A DNA stretch of 54,531 nt from a virus (lineage: Duplodnaviria; Caudoviricetes): the IMG/VR virus record IMGVR_UViG_3300037042_003862, positions 1 to 54,531 of that record. One strand, given 5' to 3'. The notes beneath the pieces were generated by a model, which searched no databases, was not told the origin of the DNA, and saw only the letters and a program-made list of their open reading frames with translations. Below are positions 50,668 through 54,531 of this stretch, piece after piece; the first letter of the stretch is position 1, and the number at the start of each line of letters is the position of its first letter. Position numbers and translations under genes: made by a program.

Positions 50668-51104
50668 GAGTCAGACAGAGCGACCTTCAGGGCCTTGTCG
50701 AGGCCCTTCACCATGCGCCACTTTCCGTTGCGGAGAAGCACGTCATAGCTGTTCCCGCCGAGGGACTTGACGTTGGGGGGCAGGTCCGACTCTTCGCAGG
50801 CCGCCTCCGGCTCCTGAGGCAGCTCAGCCGCCGCTGGCGCCGGGGACAGCGATGCCTCGGGAACCACGAGCAAGCCGAGCTTGACCGCGAACTCCCGAGA
50901 GCCGATCACACGAGCGTTCCACCACACCTTCATACGGTGAGCCCCGATGAAGGCGGAGATGTCCGGCGTCACATCCTCTCCAGGCAGCACAATATCCTTC
51001 CCGGGCATGCCGAGGCGGAGACGCTTGATGAAGACCATCGCAGCGTTTGGGCTGTAGTGCTCCTTCCAGGAGCGAACCAGGCGACGGACTACGGTATTGC
51101 TCAT
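50664..51104 (-). CDS. Hypothetical protein in head-tail region
   Basis: 146 aa between capsid and tail completion genes. Confidence 0.65.
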   Translation of the reverse strand: MSNTVVRRLVRSWKEHYSPNAAMVFIKRLRLGMPGKDIVLPGEDVTPDISAFIGAHRMKVWWNARVIGSREFAVKLGLLVVPEASLSPAPAAAELPQEPEAACEESDLPPNVKSLGGNSYDVLLRNGKWRMVKGLDKALKVALSDS

Positions 51105-51148
51105 GATTCTCGGTTGTTGGGCCCCGGCATCGCTGCCGGGGCGTTGGA

Positions 51149-52138
51149 TCAGGCCACGACGCCGCTGAAGAAGTAGCCGAGGTCAGCGGCCACCTTCTTG
51201 TGGCTGAACGCCATCTCGATCTCCACGCGGTCCGACTCCAGGTGCTCCATGCGCATGCGCTTCATGCGCGTCCCGAGCGCGCCCGCGCCGAGGAAGCCGG
51301 TCCAGGAGAAGGTGTAGCCCGCGCTCGGGATCATGATGCCCGGCGAGGGCGCAGCGTAGACCAGCAGCGCGTGCTTGCCACCGATGTAGCTGTGGACGTT
51401 GGTCGCACCCTCGTTTGCGGTGTTGGAGATGGAGTCCATGACGAGGATCTCATCCATCTCAAACAGAGCCGCGAGGTTCTGCTTCATCACCAGCGCCGTG
51501 CCCGCCGTCTGGCCGCGGTCAACACGACCGACGATGTCGGGGTGGTCGAGCAGGTAGTCAAAGGCCGAGCGGCCCAGGACCATCTTGTTGGGGCGGAAGC
51601 CCGTGCGCTCATGGACCGTGCGCGCAGCCAATCGCACGTTCTCGATCGGCGTGCTGGCGGCCTCGTTCCACTGCTGAACCTGACTCGCGCCAGGGGCCCC
51701 CGAGACGCCAGTGACGTCCGTGGTCCAGATGCTGGTCGTGAAGAAGTTGTCCACCCAGTTCTTCTCCTTGCGGATCAGAGCCTTGGTAGTCAAGAACTCG
51801 GTGGCCTCACGGTCGAGCTGGAGCGGCGAATCCGCGTTGGATCGAACCTGGTCGGCGATGTCCTTGTGCAGAGCCCAGACATCGGCGGAGTAGCTGTCGG
51901 TGGACAGGCTGTAGGACGAACCCGCCGACTCCGCGCCGGGGGCGCGCAACTTCATCTCATCGCGGTTGAACATGCCGCGATCATAAGTGAAATACTTGTC
52001 GGACTGCTTGCTGACGGGAACGACGGGGAACACGCGGTCAGCCACGAAGTTGGCCGCCGCCTGCATGAAGGCAACGCTGATGTTCGACAGCGGCCTGTCG
52101 ACATGAACGTCACTGCGAGACGGTTGAATGTAGGGCAC
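51149..52138 (-). CDS. Major capsid protein
   Basis: D.HVD.PLSNISVA......F.AD.VFP.VPV.KQSD.Y..Y, TG.RPN.MVLG, PSAGYTFSW; strongly biased codon use. Confidence 0.9.
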   Translation of the reverse strand: MPYIQPSRSDVHVDRPLSNISVAFMQAAANFVADRVFPVVPVSKQSDKYFTYDRGMFNRDEMKLRAPGAESAGSSYSLSTDSYSADVWALHKDIADQVRSNADSPLQLDREATEFLTTKALIRKEKNWVDNFFTTSIWTTDVTGVSGAPGASQVQQWNEAASTPIENVRLAARTVHERTGFRPNKMVLGRSAFDYLLDHPDIVGRVDRGQTAGTALVMKQNLAALFEMDEILVMDSISNTANEGATNVHSYIGGKHALLVYAAPSPGIMIPSAGYTFSWTGFLGAGALGTRMKRMRMEHLESDRVEIEMAFSHKKVAADLGYFFSGVVA

Positions 52139-52198
52139 TTTAGAAACTCCTTGAAGATGGTTGGATCAGAATGCTGCTCCCACGGCATCCTGATCAGA

Positions 52199-52582
52199 TC
52201 AGGCCTGGTCGCGGTCCTTGAGGAATTGGATCTCGATGATGTCGCCAGCGACGGTAGCCGCCGTCAGGGCCTTGCCGGCCGTGTAGTTGTTCACGCCCGA
52301 AACGGCCGTGATGGCGCGGCCCGAGGTGTCGCTGCCAATCGTGTCGCCCACCGACACCGCCGCCCCGGCCGTGACCTTGGCAATGCCGCCGTTGGGAATG
52401 ACCATGGGGAACACGTCCCCGTCAGCCGCGCCGGTCTCGGCCGCGATGCCGTCGAAGTCGCCTTGCGCGCTCGACACCTGGTCATACTTGCTATCGCCCG
52501 CGGCCAGGACCACGAAGCGGGAAGCCGTGATGGCCGAGCCGGCAATGCGGCTGACCGTTTGAACACCCTGATAGGTGGACAT
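52199..52582 (-). CDS. Capsid decoration/cement protein (DUF2190-like)
   Basis: G.A.V.AGAAV..GD.I.SD.SGRA, G.AL.AA..AGDII.I. Confidence 0.8.
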   Translation of the reverse strand: MSTYQGVQTVSRIAGSAITASRFVVLAAGDSKYDQVSSAQGDFDGIAAETGAADGDVFPMVIPNGGIAKVTAGAAVSVGDTIGSDTSGRAITAVSGVNNYTAGKALTAATVAGDIIEIQFLKDRDQA

Positions 52583-52644
52583 GTTAACTCCTGCGGAAGA
52601 TCTGTTGGTTGGATTGGGAAGGAGCCCGCCGAGGCGGGCTCAGG

Positions 52645-53796
52645 TCACACGCGCTCCCGGGTCCGGGACACGTGCTGTTCGTAGGCCTTCTGGCCTTCGG
52701 GAGTGCCGAGGGCCTTGGTGTAGGCCCGCTCAAACGTGACGTTGTCGCGCTTGGCGATCTCCGTGGCCAGTCGGTCGATCGGCGACAGGTCGTTGTCCTC
52801 GTCGTTCGTGCCGCCCGCGCTCGTGCCGGCGCGCTTGAAGGCCTCCGACAGTCGGAGGTCCTGGGCCTTGAGGACCGAGAGTGCGCCTTCACGCTCCGAC
52901 TCGGGCAGCAAATCCAGGGCCTTGAGCAAGGACATGCGGGACTCGTCCGTGCCGGGGAGGTGGGCGAAGTCCTTGGAACGCTTCTCCAGGTCGGACTTCT
53001 TGGCCTTCTCCTCCGCCAACATGCGCTTCTTCTTCTCCTCGTCCATCATCTTGGCGAGGTTGATCATGCGCGTGTCGTCGTTCTTGCGGTAGGTCGTGCC
53101 GTCCATGGCCGTGTAGACCACCTGGTTGGCTTCCGCCGCCTTGCGAACCGTCTCGTCACGATCAGTGTCGCTGGCGGTCAGGAACGCTTCCGCGTCCTCG
53201 CCCTTCAGCAAGCGGAAGTGGGAGCGTTGAACGTCGGACAGGTTGGAGATGGTCTCTGCGCGCTCAACACGCTTCGCCATCTTCTCCATGTCCGCCTTTT
53301 GTGCCGCCGCAGCTGCCTCGGCGGCCTTCTTTTCCTCGGGGGTCATTTCGTGATCCTCGTGATTGCCGATTGCCTCGGCGGCCGTAGTGCCTGCGGATTT
53401 GGTGGCGTCATCAGCGGCGGCAGGCTCGCCCTCCGATGACGTAATGTCCGGCACCAAGCTACCCTTGGTGATGATTTCGATTCCGTGGTTGTGGCCCATA
53501 GCGTGGCCTACCGTGACGTTGCCGGCCTCATCCATCAACCACGAATGGGAATGGCCGTCGACATAGTCGGTCTGGCCAGCTCGGCGGACGAACTCCCCGC
53601 CACCCATCGTGATGTAGTGGGCATGGCCACCAGTCATCGTCGTGAGGGCCATCGACATCTGAAGCTTGGTGAGAGGAGCCTCCCGCTTCATGATCGCGAC
53701 CCGGGCCCCTTGCTGAGCAGGCCGATCCACTCCGCTGATCTCGTCCAGCTTGAAAGACCGCATCACTGTGCGAACAACCTTGCCGTCCTTGATCAT
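52645..53796 (-). CDS. Head scaffolding protein with N-terminal protease-like fragment
   Basis: EISGVDRPAQ.GA...IMKR N-terminus, GHxH repeats, long charged coiled coil. Confidence 0.75.
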   Translation of the reverse strand: MIKDGKVVRTVMRSFKLDEISGVDRPAQQGARVAIMKREAPLTKLQMSMALTTMTGGHAHYITMGGGEFVRRAGQTDYVDGHSHSWLMDEAGNVTVGHAMGHNHGIEIITKGSLVPDITSSEGEPAAADDATKSAGTTAAEAIGNHEDHEMTPEEKKAAEAAAAAQKADMEKMAKRVERAETISNLSDVQRSHFRLLKGEDAEAFLTASDTDRDETVRKAAEANQVVYTAMDGTTYRKNDDTRMINLAKMMDEEKKKRMLAEEKAKKSDLEKRSKDFAHLPGTDESRMSLLKALDLLPESEREGALSVLKAQDLRLSEAFKRAGTSAGGTNDEDNDLSPIDRLATEIAKRDNVTFERAYTKALGTPEGQKAYEQHVSRTRERV

Positions 53797-54194
53797 GCGT
53801 CCTCCAAGTCTCCGTAGGCTCCGCCAATGCTGAACCCGGTATAGACACCGCTCTGGAACTTCTCCAGCATCTCGGGCTCCGGCTTCATCGCAATCAGCAG
53901 TCCGGTTGTAGGGGTTTTGATCCCGAGAGACTTTGCAATGTCCGAGGTGAGCGGAAACGCGAACACCACGGAACCGCGAGGACCGCCGGAGTGCATCTCC
54001 TTGGCCACTCGGCTGTTCTCCATGAAGTCGGTCGCAGCTTTCAGCATCGCATCTTCGGGAATGTGGTCGCCCTGAATGTCGTAGTAGGGTTCGCCCCCAG
54101 AAGTAGAGACGATCGCAAACCCGAAAACTAGCCCCAGGTTGTTATCAACCTTGAGAACGGTCGCTTTGTCAGCGAACTTCAGCGGTTCAGTCAT
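53793..54194 (-). CDS. XkdF-like prohead serine protease
   Basis: GLVFG.A, D.QGD.I.....KAA..FM, KEMH, G.YTGFSIGG. Confidence 0.85.
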   Translation of the reverse strand: MTEPLKFADKATVLKVDNNLGLVFGFAIVSTSGGEPYYDIQGDHIPEDAMLKAATDFMENSRVAKEMHSGGPRGSVVFAFPLTSDIAKSLGIKTPTTGLLIAMKPEPEMLEKFQSGVYTGFSIGGAYGDLEDA

Positions 54195-54390
54195 CGCTAT
54201 CCTCCGACATGCGAATGCTGGTGGGGTGGGGCTTCTCCACTACGGGAGCTGGGGCCTGGACCTCCGCCCGAGGGGCACGCATGAGGCTCCCCACGAGGCT
54301 GTGGACTTCTTGGAAAGGTCTCTGCTTCAGGAAGTCCACGAGGGCCTGAGCAAGCGAGACGGGGATCAACAGTTGGGGTTCTTGGGTCAT
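54187..54390 (-). CDS. Hypothetical protein
   Basis: MTQEPQ...L..RPF.EV..L. Confidence 0.55.
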   Translation of the reverse strand: MTQEPQLLIPVSLAQALVDFLKQRPFQEVHSLVGSLMRAPRAEVQAPAPVVEKPHPTSIRMSEDSDD

Positions 54391-54391
54391 G

Positions 54392-54531
54392 TCAGATGAT
54401 CTCAAACTCGACGATCACACGAACGAGGATGATGTTCCTCTCGGTTCCGTCGATCAGGAGGTGGTACTGGTCAGTAGGGCGGATCACGACCTCTGTCGAC
54501 AGGTTTCCGCTGAAGACGTCATCCGTGGTGG
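54392..54531 (-). CDS. 3' end of a gene truncated by the window edge
   Basis: Open frame ...TTDDVFSGNLSTEVV...VEFEII ending at TGA 54392. Confidence 0.45.
   Translation of the reverse strand, partial: TTDDVFSGNLSTEVVIRPTDQYHLLIDGTERNIILVRVIVEFEII

Noticed and set aside
51121-51142. Hairpins after the capsid (51121-51142) and scaffold (52622-52641) genes as terminators
   Set aside because: Stems are real but there is no U tract on the coding strand; more likely mRNA stability elements, not called
51200-52684. 494-aa + strand ORF and other long antisense ORFs over structural and replication genes
   Set aside because: Shadow frames of high-GC genes with biased codons; no motifs or start signals

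Overview
A GC-rich tailed-phage (siphovirus-type) genome segment whose gene set and order resemble YuA/M6-like phages; the host cannot be named from sequence alone. (1) 1-9.7 kb, mostly + strand: about 27 small accessory genes. 18 of them sit directly behind one repeated element, TAAAGTC-(TAAA-N16/17)-GCCGATAA-(6-10 nt)-ATG, which closely matches the flagellar sigma-28 (FliA/SigD/WhiG) promoter consensus; a 19th copy lies at 16.5 kb. Many copies carry a 15-bp palindrome GTCYYGAWTCRRGAC 16-21 nt upstream, three perfect tandem copies of that palindrome lie at the left end, and upstream genes often take their stop codon from the repeat, giving a cassette-like array. (2) 9.7-17.3 kb, - strand: DEDDh exonuclease, thermonuclease, a Ro60/TROVE protein followed by about 400 nt of structured Y-RNA-like non-coding modules, a lipoprotein and winged-helix proteins. 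(3) 17.3-35.7 kb, - strand: primase-helicase, nuclease, family A DNA polymerase, two lipoproteins (one a trypsin-like protease), a thymidine hypermodification cluster (dUMP hydroxymethylase-like TS, HD protein, amino acid:DNA transferase, degenerate kinase-like ORF, PIG-L deacetylase, GT-B glycosyltransferase), Dda/RecD-like helicase, SSB-like protein and SNF2 helicase. (4) 35.8-54.5 kb, - strand: membrane proteins, tail tip, tape measure, frameshifted tail chaperone, tail tube, capsid, scaffold and XkdF-like protease. No integrase, terminase, portal, endolysin, tRNA or CRISPR array was recognised. All family calls are by motif recognition, not database search.
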